A DNA stretch of 64,000 nucleotides from an uncultured delta proteobacterium (lineage in GTDB: Bacteria > Desulfobacterota > Desulfobacteria > Desulfobacterales > B30-G6), in assembly GCA_963823335.1 (NCBI GenBank), contig CAWGLD010000001.1, positions 448,001 to 512,000 on the forward strand. The letters are read 5' to 3'. This document shows, one piece after another, positions 39,345 to 48,661 of the stretch. The notes beneath the pieces were generated by a model. That model was given only the letters and a program-made list of their open reading frames with translations. It was not told the origin of the DNA and searched no databases. Within the stretch, counting starts at the first letter, position 1; each line of letters starts with the position of its first letter. A program made the position numbers and the translations under genes.

Positions 39345-40916
39345 TTAAACCGGTGGGTTTCCATGTTTCCGATCCGGTAGTTCGACGTTCTTTTCCCAAG
39401 CCATTTCAAATGCACGTATCAAAATCTGTCTGGTATCCCGAGGATCGATAATATCGTCGATGAAATCATAGCGGTAATTTTCCGCCAAGCGAAATGGATT
39501 GATGTACTGATCATGATATTCTTTTCGTTTTTCTTCCAATACCTTGGCATACTCAGGAGATTGTTCGGCCTTTTTCAGATCTTGCGCCCAAATGATCGAT
39601 GCAGCTGATTCTGGCCCCATGATACTGATCTCAGCCGTAGGCCAAGCAAAACTGAAATCCGCACCCAGGGTTTTTGAACCCATAACAACATTCCCTCCAC
39701 CGTAGGCACGTCGGACAATCAGGGATATTTTTGGCACCGTAGCACAGGCATAGGCATACAGTAGTTTTGCTCCGTGCCGCAGAATACCCTCTTTTTCCCA
39801 TTCATGGCCAACCACAAAAGCCGGGGTGTCCATCATGGTCAGAATCGGAATGTTAAAGGCATCACAAAAAACCATGAAGCGATAATACTTGTCCGAAGAA
39901 TTATTCTCCATCACACCACCCAACTCATCTGGGTTGTTGGCTATCAGACCAACAGGATGGCCATCCAGACGGCAAAAACCCGTGATGATATTCGGAGCAT
40001 ATTCATCTTTGACCTCATAAAAACTGTCCTTGTCGATGATTTTTTCAATCACCTCATGCATATCATAGGTAAAACGCCGGTCGTCCGGCAGAATGTCCAA
40101 TAACGACTCTTCGCGCCTATCTATGGGATCATCACACTGAAGCCGAGGTGCCCGCTCTTTCCAGTTTTGCGGAATATAGCTCAATAGCTTTCTGGCGATT
40201 TCAAGGGCATCTTTGTCGTCTTTAGCCACAAAATCGCATTGCCCGGAATGACGCATACAGAAGTCCGGGCTGCCGATGTCGGCATCAAGCTCTTCCTTTA
40301 CAATTGACTGGGTTAAACGGGGCCCGCCCAGCCACATCCAGGATGTATTTTGAACCATGATCAAAAAATCGGACAGCATCGGGCTATAGCCCTGACCGGC
40401 AGCGCAAGGCCCCATCAAAACCTGTATCTGGGGAATGACACCAGAAAATTTCGACTGGTTCTGAAATATTTCATTGAAGGGTCTTGACAGCGCGGTACCT
40501 TCATGCAGACGCGCACCGGCCGAATCCAGCAGACCGATGATGGGCACCATCATCTTGCCTGCCAGCCCAATGATATCGGCAATTTTCTTTGAGTGACTTT
40601 CACCGGCTGACCCTGCCAGCACGGTAAAATCAGTGGAATAGACACATACCTTCCGCCCCTTGATCTTACCTGTGCCGATAACAACACCATCGGCCGGCGT
40701 CGGTCGGTCCTTCATCTCGAAGTCTTTGATCTGGGAACGAACAAACATTCCCAGCTCTGTAAAAGAGCCTGGATCAAAAAGGTAGTCTATTCGCTCCCGG
40801 GCGGTCATTTTGCCACGCCCATGTTGTTTGGCCACTTTTTCCGGGCCACCCATTTCGAGAATCTCGGCCTTGCGTTGCTCCATCTCTGCAAGGAGCTTAT
40901 CCATCATTTTGCCCAT
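39345..40916 (-). CDS. Acyl-CoA carboxylase carboxyltransferase subunit
   Basis: TARERI, DSAGARL, GPCAAG, RRAYGGG, KHGNPPV. Confidence 0.92.
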   Translation of the reverse strand: MGKMMDKLLAEMEQRKAEILEMGGPEKVAKQHGRGKMTARERIDYLFDPGSFTELGMFVRSQIKDFEMKDRPTPADGVVIGTGKIKGRKVCVYSTDFTVLAGSAGESHSKKIADIIGLAGKMMVPIIGLLDSAGARLHEGTALSRPFNEIFQNQSKFSGVIPQIQVLMGPCAAGQGYSPMLSDFLIMVQNTSWMWLGGPRLTQSIVKEELDADIGSPDFCMRHSGQCDFVAKDDKDALEIARKLLSYIPQNWKERAPRLQCDDPIDRREESLLDILPDDRRFTYDMHEVIEKIIDKDSFYEVKDEYAPNIITGFCRLDGHPVGLIANNPDELGGVMENNSSDKYYRFMVFCDAFNIPILTMMDTPAFVVGHEWEKEGILRHGAKLLYAYACATVPKISLIVRRAYGGGNVVMGSKTLGADFSFAWPTAEISIMGPESAASIIWAQDLKKAEQSPEYAKVLEEKRKEYHDQYINPFRLAENYRYDFIDDIIDPRDTRQILIRAFEMAWEKNVELPDRKHGNPPV

Positions 40917-40954
40917 AACAATATCCTGGTCATAAAGGTAGATGTTTATGAGGT

Positions 40955-41275
40955 CTACTCGTCTGCCTCAAACTCCATTCGCAGCATGTTAGGTCCGTAT
41001 GCCTTACCGGTTTGATCCATACATAACGTCCTGGTAGCACCGCCTCCCAAAGCGTTGTGCATGACAAACTCAAGGGAGTTCAGGGTGTCGATATTATAAC
41101 GCAGCACCTTGCCCTTGACGATGGGGCTGAAAAAAGCTTTCACCTTATCGGCGGTAAGATATTTTTTTAAAATCCGGTACGCTTCGTCATCCTTGGCCAT
41201 CACACCGATATCGACGATATCACCTTTGTCACCGGAACGGGCATATGCCAGATCTTTGAGTTTAAACGTTGTCAT
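40955..41275 (-). CDS. AtuA C-terminal-like domain protein
   Basis: AYARSGDKGD, ALGGGAT, DQTGK. Confidence 0.8.
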   Translation of the reverse strand: MTTFKLKDLAYARSGDKGDIVDIGVMAKDDEAYRILKKYLTADKVKAFFSPIVKGKVLRYNIDTLNSLEFVMHNALGGGATRTLCMDQTGKAYGPNMLRMEFEADE

Positions 41276-41280
41276 AGTGA

Positions 41281-42645
41281 TTAACCCTCCATCATCTCTA
41301 CTTTAGTGGGAACCAATTCCCTGGGAACCAGTGTCGGCCACAGCCCAATCACTTTACGCGGTGGTGGCGGTGAAATGACAGCCGTGGTCCCCACCGGTCC
41401 ATGCGTCCAAAGATGGGTTACTTCCCGGCGTACCTGATTGGCATCCTCACGCGTCCTGGTCTTGGCAGCCACCCTTACGCGGATTTCATTGATATCTTCC
41501 AGATTCTCTGTCATTTTAGACAAAGGCCCGTGAATCGAGTTCATACCGATGAAGTCAAACCGGACATCATCAATGGTCAGATTCCGTGCTTTGAAACGTC
41601 CCCGCAGAAACGCCTCGCAAAATTTGGCTTTTTCGTAAGCATCAGGCCAGCAAACACTGATTTCACTTTCGCCGATCCATCCATCTTCATATCCGATGGT
41701 CATTTTCAGCATATCGGGACGCTTCTTGCCACCGATACCGGTAACTTCAACCTCATCCTTTCCGATGTCTTTGACACGAATTTTTGAAAAGTCGCCGATG
41801 GCATCCGGCATAAAATAATTTTCAGGGTCATGGACCTCATAAACGAGATGCTCCTTGACCGTCCACTCATTGACCATGCGTCCGGCACCTTTGGCCTTGG
41901 TGATAATAGTGCGTCCGTCCTCATAAACCTCGGCAATCGGAAAAGCCACTCGCCAGGGCTCCTTGATTTCTTTCCAGAAATTAGACATACCCCCGGCGCA
42001 ACCAGCGCTGCACTCAATGATGTGGCCGACAGTCACAGCCGTTCCCATCTTATGCCAGTCATCCATCTTCCACCCAAGTTCGTGAACCATGGGTGCGACG
42101 TACATGGCATTGTCGGAAGCACGCCCTGTAATAATGAGATCTGCGCCCTTTTCCAGACCCTCCACCAGAGACTCGGAACCGATATAAACGTGGGCGGCGA
42201 CAATTTTATCGGCAATGCGGTCAATGTCCTCCTCCCCCGTATCCAGGTTTACAAACTTAAGTCCCTGTTTCCTGAAGTCATCCAGGCGTGAACCAACGTC
42301 ATCGCCACTCACAACACCGATTTTCATCCCGTCGATGCCAAGTTCTTTGGAAAGCGCCATCACATCGCTGCCAGCCTGTTCTGGATTGGCACCGCCGGCA
42401 TTGGTGAGCATCCTGACACCCTTTTCCTTGGCAATTGGCAATAAGGCCCGCATCCATGGAAGCAGATCGGGGATATAGCCACGTTTAGGGTTTTTGTCTT
42501 TCATCCGCTGAAGGATAGACATGGTTAACTCTGCCAAATGATCGAACCCCATGTAATCCAATTCGCCCTTTTCCATCAGTTCGACTGCTGGATCAAGCAT
42601 GTCTCCCCATGAAGCGGAGCCACAACCCATTCGAATCTTTTTCAT
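41281..42645 (-). CDS. atuA: Acyclic terpene utilization AtuA family protein (DUF1446)
   Basis: FDHLAELTM, TNAGGANP, GADLIITGRASD, GHIIECS, EHLVYEVHDP. Confidence 0.88.
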   Translation of the reverse strand: MKKIRMGCGSASWGDMLDPAVELMEKGELDYMGFDHLAELTMSILQRMKDKNPKRGYIPDLLPWMRALLPIAKEKGVRMLTNAGGANPEQAGSDVMALSKELGIDGMKIGVVSGDDVGSRLDDFRKQGLKFVNLDTGEEDIDRIADKIVAAHVYIGSESLVEGLEKGADLIITGRASDNAMYVAPMVHELGWKMDDWHKMGTAVTVGHIIECSAGCAGGMSNFWKEIKEPWRVAFPIAEVYEDGRTIITKAKGAGRMVNEWTVKEHLVYEVHDPENYFMPDAIGDFSKIRVKDIGKDEVEVTGIGGKKRPDMLKMTIGYEDGWIGESEISVCWPDAYEKAKFCEAFLRGRFKARNLTIDDVRFDFIGMNSIHGPLSKMTENLEDINEIRVRVAAKTRTREDANQVRREVTHLWTHGPVGTTAVISPPPPRKVIGLWPTLVPRELVPTKVEMMEG

Positions 42646-42686
42646 ATTATTGACCTCCCTCTGTTTTTTCTGAAAGAAATAAAACA

Positions 42687-42715
42687 ATACTATTGTTGAT
42701 ATTTTTGTATGTCAA
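42687..42715 (-). promoter_or_regulatory. Sigma70-like promoter for the atuA-carboxylase operon
   Basis: TTGACA-17 nt-TAGTAT on the minus strand. Confidence 0.65.
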
Positions 42716-42744
42716 GCAAAAAATTGAACAGCTGGTCGAAAATA

Positions 42745-42767
42745 GCTATTGGCTATTAGCCAATAGC
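42745..42767. promoter_or_regulatory. Perfect 23-bp palindrome, candidate operator
   Basis: GCTATTGGCTA-T-TAGCCAATAGC. Confidence 0.45.
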
Positions 42768-43017
42768 ATTCATAGCCGTTGTAGCGTTCACGGTTCCGGC
42801 CAAAGGAAATAGACCACGAATTCGGCAGCCACCCGTCTCCTGGAAAAATCATGCTGAGTCGCTGCAAGCAGTGTTTCAAATTTAAAAGGTTGATATCGAT
42901 AATCCGTGCATGATACTGTTGTAGCGTTTTTTCTTTTTAATCCGACAACCAACAGATTTACCTTAGAAAACTGGTCGCTCTATACTTGTGACGACCTAAA
43001 ACTTAACACCACGAAAC

Positions 43018-43656
43018 ATGAAAGACTACGTTTTTATCGCCCCCTTCTACGACTGTCTCCTGAGCCCCTTTATACGGTCCATCCGCCGGGATGTGCTTGA
43101 AACCGTACTTCGGCTTCAGCCGGAAAACGTACTCGACGTAGCCTGCGGCACGGGTGATCAACTGCGTCTTCTGGCAGAAAACAGCATCGCCGCCGTGGGT
43201 GTGGACATGTCCGAAGCCATGCTGAAGATCTGTCGCAAAACGAATCCGGTCGCTGATTGCCTCCTGCAGGATGCCACGCAGATGGCCTTTCAAAACGAAC
43301 GGTTTGACCTGGCCATGATCTCTTTTGCACTCCACGAAACCGGCTGGAAATCGGCCTCCGGCATCCTCGAGGAGATCCACAGAGTCCTCAAACCGTCCGG
43401 GCATCTGCTCGTGGTCGATTACGCAAATTCTCAGGAAACACCCTTTTATGTCAGACAAACCATCCGCATGATCGAATTCATGGCCGGCAGACGCCATTTC
43501 AGAAACTTTCGCACCTATCGTCTCAAGGGTGGCTTGACGACATTGATCGGTAAAAACAGATTCCGTCTCGTCGCATCCACCTACCGCGCTTCCCGCAGTA
43601 TCGCCATACAGCTTTTTCAGCGTCTTGAACCGAAAAAGCGAGTGCATTTCCCCTAG
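43018..43656 (+). CDS. Class I SAM-dependent methyltransferase (UbiE-like)
   Basis: VLDVACGTG, GVDMSEAML, FDLAMISFALH, RVLKPSG. Confidence 0.9.
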   Translation: MKDYVFIAPFYDCLLSPFIRSIRRDVLETVLRLQPENVLDVACGTGDQLRLLAENSIAAVGVDMSEAMLKICRKTNPVADCLLQDATQMAFQNERFDLAMISFALHETGWKSASGILEEIHRVLKPSGHLLVVDYANSQETPFYVRQTIRMIEFMAGRRHFRNFRTYRLKGGLTTLIGKNRFRLVASTYRASRSIAIQLFQRLEPKKRVHFP

Positions 43657-43702
43657 GTCCTGCCGCTCGGCAGTACTTCGCATGCTGCGGGGTTCTTCAA
43701 TA
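43626..43702 (-). repeat. REP/MITE-like element family A copy supplying the methyltransferase C-terminus
   Basis: Reverse complement tattgaagaaccccgcagcatgcgaagtactgccgagcggcaggacctaggggaaatgcactcgctttttcggttcaa matches the copy at 6251-6394. Confidence 0.8.
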
Positions 43703-43770
43703 ATCTTTCCCCAATGTTACTATGGCCGTTGTCATAAATAGGGGAATGCGCCTACGGCAGGGAAAAAAGA

Positions 43771-43820
43771 AAAAACCCGGCGGTCTGGGGATATTCCCCA
43801 GAAAAACCGGGCTTAAAAAA
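43771..43820. terminator. Putative terminator between convergent genes
   Basis: cccgg..ctgggga-tat-tccccag..ccggg hairpin preceded by an A-run (U-tract on the minus strand). Confidence 0.6.
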
Positions 43821-43854
43821 GAAATTAACTGCTTGTATATAGTTCCGAAAAGGC

Positions 43855-45486
43855 TTACCTGGTCCCATTGACGGGTTCCCTGCCGGGAGCCACAATACCT
43901 CTTCGCTCGAGGAGGGAGCCCTCCAGCCGGTAAAAACTGGTGAGGGCCTTGAGATAGCTGACCACCGTATTGACTTCGGCGATGCGGTTCACCAGGAGGT
44001 CCCTTTGGGTCTGTGCCACGAGCAAATTTGTCGAACGGCCCACGCGAAATTTTTCGGTTTCAATTCGTAATTTTTCTTCCTGAAATTTTCTAGTGGCCGC
44101 ACTGGCAGCTATCTGCTCCTTGCTTCGATTGACCTCGATGTATGCGTTGCGTACGTCCAGTTCAACCAACTGGGACAGATTTTCCAATATTTTTTCCGCC
44201 TGGTTCTTCTTGAGAAGCGATCTTCTACGCTGTGCCTTGGCGCTACGGTTTCTTATGGGCTGCTCAAAGTTAAGACCCACAAGCACATCATAATTATCCC
44301 CCGGCAAATCATTAACGGCGCCTGAAAAGGAATCCGCATATCCGGTTTTCCCCAGATTGATGAACAGATCCATTACAGGCAGCATTCCGTTTTTGGTGCG
44401 GACAACTTCGAGCTCTTGTCTCTGGATGTCCAGTTTGGCCTGATTTATCTCCGGCCGCATGCGTTTGGCGACGGCTACGTGCTCCTCTATATCGTCGAGT
44501 TCAGCTTCCGGCAGCGCCGGGGGGCGTACAATAGAAATCTCTCTGTTCCAGAAAGATTCCCCCGGAGGATTTAACAGACGCAGCAGAAGAATCCGGTTCG
44601 ACTCCAAGGCACTTTTTGCATTGATCAAAGCCTGCTTTTGGGCAGCCACCTCGGCCTGAACAGCAGCAAGTTCGGCCTCGGCCATGGCACCCACGCGAAT
44701 CATCTCCTCGGTCTCGACAAGTTGCTGATTGGCAAGCTTCAGGGACTCCTCGACAATCTCGATTTGTCGCTGGGCCAGGGCATAATCCCAGTAGGCATTT
44801 TCCACCTGGGCAACCAGGGTTTCACTAAAGCCCCTCAATTCGTAAATGCTGATGGCTGTTTCCAGTCTTGATTGTTGAATCCTTGCCTCATTTACTTCGG
44901 TGCCATACCCGCGCAGCAGGGACTGTGTAACCGATAACCCCACCCGGGCTTTTGCATAAGGATCGTCAGCTTGATCTACATCTGTGACGCTGCCGGAGAA
45001 TCCCAGTTCCACAAAGGTACCCGTGGGAAAGTATTCTTTGAGAGAGATAGTGCCCGCGTAGACATCCGTGGTTGTATCTATGGTGCCGCGGCCCGTAATG
45101 CCCGAGTTCGCAACGTCATTTCGTTCTACAGCGATTTCCCCGCCTAAAACCGGATCGAACAGCGCCTGTTCCTCATCTGTATAGGTATTCTGGATCGGGG
45201 GATTGAACCGTTCCACAACCAGGGAAGGATTGTTTTCCATGGTGCTAAGAATAGCGTCATTCAAAGAAATCCGAAGTGGCCCGCTAAGGGGAATCGATGA
45301 CTGCCTGTCTTTTTCACGGGCAGACTCCCCGGATAAAAAAGCATCCATGTCATCAGGGTATGTGGAAATACTCGTATCTTCTGCTTTTTTCTCATATCCC
45401 GTGAACACGCACGACAACGGGAGTGTAATAACCGCTAAAACAAGGATAAAGGCGCTTCTTTTCTTAAACCTGTTCATCTTTTTCAC
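43855..45486 (-). CDS. TolC-family outer-membrane efflux protein
   Basis: Lipoprotein-like signal, VENAYWD, VRNAY, EKFRVG; downstream of RND/MFP genes. Confidence 0.88.
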   Translation of the reverse strand: MKKMNRFKKRSAFILVLAVITLPLSCVFTGYEKKAEDTSISTYPDDMDAFLSGESAREKDRQSSIPLSGPLRISLNDAILSTMENNPSLVVERFNPPIQNTYTDEEQALFDPVLGGEIAVERNDVANSGITGRGTIDTTTDVYAGTISLKEYFPTGTFVELGFSGSVTDVDQADDPYAKARVGLSVTQSLLRGYGTEVNEARIQQSRLETAISIYELRGFSETLVAQVENAYWDYALAQRQIEIVEESLKLANQQLVETEEMIRVGAMAEAELAAVQAEVAAQKQALINAKSALESNRILLLRLLNPPGESFWNREISIVRPPALPEAELDDIEEHVAVAKRMRPEINQAKLDIQRQELEVVRTKNGMLPVMDLFINLGKTGYADSFSGAVNDLPGDNYDVLVGLNFEQPIRNRSAKAQRRRSLLKKNQAEKILENLSQLVELDVRNAYIEVNRSKEQIAASAATRKFQEEKLRIETEKFRVGRSTNLLVAQTQRDLLVNRIAEVNTVVSYLKALTSFYRLEGSLLERRGIVAPGREPVNGTR

Positions 45487-48400
45487 ATGGGTCCCTCGAG
45501 GTGTTTGTCTTTGGACACATGCTCGGGTCCTTCAGACACCAACACCTGCACTGCTTTTAGTTTTTTTCCTTCAAACAAGGTATAGATGGCGGGAAGTATG
45601 ATCAGTGTAATCAGATTTGAGCTGATCAGTCCACCAATAATTGCCCTGGCCATGGGTGCCTGGGCATCTCCCCCTTCACCCAGACCCATGGCCAATGGTG
45701 TCATGGCCAGTATCGTTGTGGAGGCGGTCATGAGAACGGGTCGCAGACGTCTTCTGCCGGCCTCTTCAATGGCTTCTCTGAGCGCAAATCCATCCCGGCG
45801 GCGAAGCAGATTGATGTGGTCCACCAGCAAGATGGCATTGTTCACAACGATACCGCCCAGCATGATACACCCGATGTAGGACTGAATGTTGAACGTTGTA
45901 TGGGTAAAGAGGAGCATGAGAATGACACCGATGGCGGCCATGGGCACGGAAAACATCACCACAAAGGGATAGCGCAGGGATTCATACAGAGAGGCCATCA
46001 CCATGTAGACCAGAACGATCGCCAGTATAAAACTGATCAACAACTCCCTGAAAGCTTTCTGTTGTTCCTGGTAGTCGCCGCCAAAAATGATGTTGAAATC
46101 CCTTGGTATGGGTACGGACTGTAAGCCCTTTCGAATATCCCCCAGGATGGAACCCATGTCCCGGTCACCGATATTGGCCGTTACGTAAGTCACCCGTTCC
46201 TGGCCTTTGCGCTCGATCAAAACCGGCCCCCGTCTCGGGCGGACCTGTACCACGTTTCGAAGAACCACCTGCTCCCCGTCGGCATTGGTAACAGGCAGGT
46301 CAAGGATGTCCCTCAATTCGCTTTTTCCCTTGTCCGCCAGTTTGACACGTATGCGATATTCACTCCCGCCTTCCCGGTAGTTGCCTGCCGAAGTCCCGGA
46401 TAAAACGGTTTGCAGCATGTTGGCAATACTGGTTATGGTCAGTTTCATATCGGCGGCCTTTTGACGATCGACGATGATCAGTTCCTCCGGTGTCCCGGTT
46501 TCCCTGCTGATGCTGGTATCGGTGATACCGTCCACGCCTGCGACCACCTCTTCCACACGCAATGCCAGTTCGTTGGATGTTTCGAGATCGTATCCGTGCA
46601 CCTCTATCTGAACCCGTTCGGTACCTCCGGTGCCCATGCGAAGGATAAAAAGACCCCCTCCGGCCCGGGTACGAACCTTGGTTCCGGGAATGAAATTGAG
46701 TTTGTTACGAAGATCGGCTGCGATTTCATCACTGGATCGCGTGCGCTCCTTGAGTGGCTTCAAGGCGATGCGCATCGATCCTTCATTGGAACCCCTGGCG
46801 CCCCAGCTGGAACTACCCAGGAAGGATACGGTGTTGTCGATTTCCGGGACGTTCTCATAGACGATCTTTTCGATTTTTTGAAACGTACGATCCATTATGT
46901 CGAGCCGTGTCCCCACGGCCATTTCGGCATTGACCCTCACCTCTCCCTCATCGGAGGCCGGCATCAGTTCAACGCCCACAAAAGGGATCAGGAAAAGGCT
47001 TCCGCCGAGCAGTAGAAAAGCGCCGCCAACGACCATAATACGATGGTTGAGGGCAAATCCAAGGATGCGTGTATAGGCATCTTCCATCTTCGTAAAAAAT
47101 CTTGCGGTTATACGAAAAAACCATCCGCCTGCGGCATTTTCTGATTCAGCCCCCAAAACTACGGGTAATCGGATACGGGCTGCCAGCATGGGAACGAGGG
47201 TCAGCGCCGCTGCCAGGGAGCAGATCAGAGAAAACCCGATCACATATGAAAGCTGTTCGAACATGATCCCTGACATCCCGCGGACAAAAATGAGTGGCAA
47301 AAACACGGCCAGTGTCGTCAACGTGCTGGCAATGACAGCCGCGCTCACTTCCTGGCTGCCCTTTATGGCCGCTGAAATCCGATCTTCACCCGATTCTCGC
47401 AGTCGATAAATATTTTCCAGTACCACGATGGCATTGTCCACCAGCATGCCGACACCAAGGGCCAGACCGCCGAGGGTCATCAGGTTCAAGGTAAACCCGT
47501 TAAAGTACATCAGTGCAAAGGTGGCCACAATCGAAATGGGGATGGTGGTGGCAATGATGGCCGTGCTGGGAATGTTTCTGAGAAAAAATAGTAGGACACA
47601 GATAGCCAGGACGCCGCCATACAGAATGATGGAGCCGACATTGGTGATGGAACGCTTGATATAGTCGGAGGAGTCGATGATCGTGACGATCTGAATCTGG
47701 GGCAGATCCCGGTTGATCGTTTCGATCTCGTTCAGCACGTTCGTGGCGACTTCCACGGTATTTTTCCCAGATTGCTTGCTGACCGACATGCGAATGCCAG
47801 GATTGTTGTTTACCCGCACGATCCGGGTCACTTTTTCCCATGCATCCTCCACACCGGCAATCTCTTTTAGCTGGATAGGGACACCATCCCTGATAGCCAC
47901 GACCGTATTCTTAAGCTCATCCAGGTCGTTGTAGATACCGGGTGTCCGGATGGTAACATCCTGCAAACCCTGTTCGATGGTCCCGGCAGGCAGGTTGATG
48001 TTTTCTTCTTTGAGACGTTTCAGGATCTGGTCGATGGGAAGCCCCAGGGCCTTCATCTTTTCCGAATCCAGATTTACGTGAATCTCGCGGTCCAGACCAC
48101 CGCGGATATCCAGCGATGCAACACCAGGTATCTTTTCAATACGGTTTTTTACCTGATCATCGATGAGCTGCCTGACCTGTATGGGGTCCAAGTTGCTGGA
48201 CACGCCCAGAATGAGTATGGGAAAAGCGGCCAGATCGAACTTCCGCAACTGGGGACGTTCCACATCTTCGGGCAGGAGGGGTAAGACACGGTCGAGACGG
48301 TCCCTGACATCATTGGCGGCTTCGTTCAAATCGGTCCCCCAGGCAAAGGAAACCCGCACGCTGCTTTGTCCCTCGGCCGAGACCGATGTGACTTCATCGA

Positions 48401-48629
48401 CACCGGGGACGGCGCTCATGGCCTCCTCGATGGGGATGGTGATAAGCTCTTCAACTTCCTCGGGGCTGGCGTCTGCGTATCCGGTGGAGATGCTCAAGGT
48501 GGGATAGGTGATGTCCGGCATCAGGTCAACGGCAAGTCGCGTCAGTGAAATGGCTCCGATGATAATAACGATCAGGGAGACCATGATGGTCAACACAGGA
48601 CGTTTAACGGAAAAACTGGAGACGTTCAT
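45483..48629 (-). CDS. RND efflux permease (AcrB/MdtB family)
   Basis: 1048 aa; GMLVDNAIVVLENI, RLRPVLMT. Confidence 0.95.
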   Translation of the reverse strand: MNVSSFSVKRPVLTIMVSLIVIIIGAISLTRLAVDLMPDITYPTLSISTGYADASPEEVEELITIPIEEAMSAVPGVDEVTSVSAEGQSSVRVSFAWGTDLNEAANDVRDRLDRVLPLLPEDVERPQLRKFDLAAFPILILGVSSNLDPIQVRQLIDDQVKNRIEKIPGVASLDIRGGLDREIHVNLDSEKMKALGLPIDQILKRLKEENINLPAGTIEQGLQDVTIRTPGIYNDLDELKNTVVAIRDGVPIQLKEIAGVEDAWEKVTRIVRVNNNPGIRMSVSKQSGKNTVEVATNVLNEIETINRDLPQIQIVTIIDSSDYIKRSITNVGSIILYGGVLAICVLLFFLRNIPSTAIIATTIPISIVATFALMYFNGFTLNLMTLGGLALGVGMLVDNAIVVLENIYRLRESGEDRISAAIKGSQEVSAAVIASTLTTLAVFLPLIFVRGMSGIMFEQLSYVIGFSLICSLAAALTLVPMLAARIRLPVVLGAESENAAGGWFFRITARFFTKMEDAYTRILGFALNHRIMVVGGAFLLLGGSLFLIPFVGVELMPASDEGEVRVNAEMAVGTRLDIMDRTFQKIEKIVYENVPEIDNTVSFLGSSSWGARGSNEGSMRIALKPLKERTRSSDEIAADLRNKLNFIPGTKVRTRAGGGLFILRMGTGGTERVQIEVHGYDLETSNELALRVEEVVAGVDGITDTSISRETGTPEELIIVDRQKAADMKLTITSIANMLQTVLSGTSAGNYREGGSEYRIRVKLADKGKSELRDILDLPVTNADGEQVVLRNVVQVRPRRGPVLIERKGQERVTYVTANIGDRDMGSILGDIRKGLQSVPIPRDFNIIFGGDYQEQQKAFRELLISFILAIVLVYMVMASLYESLRYPFVVMFSVPMAAIGVILMLLFTHTTFNIQSYIGCIMLGGIVVNNAILLVDHINLLRRRDGFALREAIEEAGRRRLRPVLMTASTTILAMTPLAMGLGEGGDAQAPMARAIIGGLISSNLITLIILPAIYTLFEGKKLKAVQVLVSEGPEHVSKDKHLEGPM

Positions 48630-48661
48630 GATGGGTGCTTCCGTATGGCTCGTTTATCCTT

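Noticed and set aside
3045-43537. DGR template/variable repeat pair or classic att sites
   Set aside because: Differences are not adenine-specific and many are synonymous; no reverse transcriptase or integrase is in the window
43003-43683. 226-aa minus-strand ORF
   Set aside because: Antisense to a methyltransferase with clear motifs
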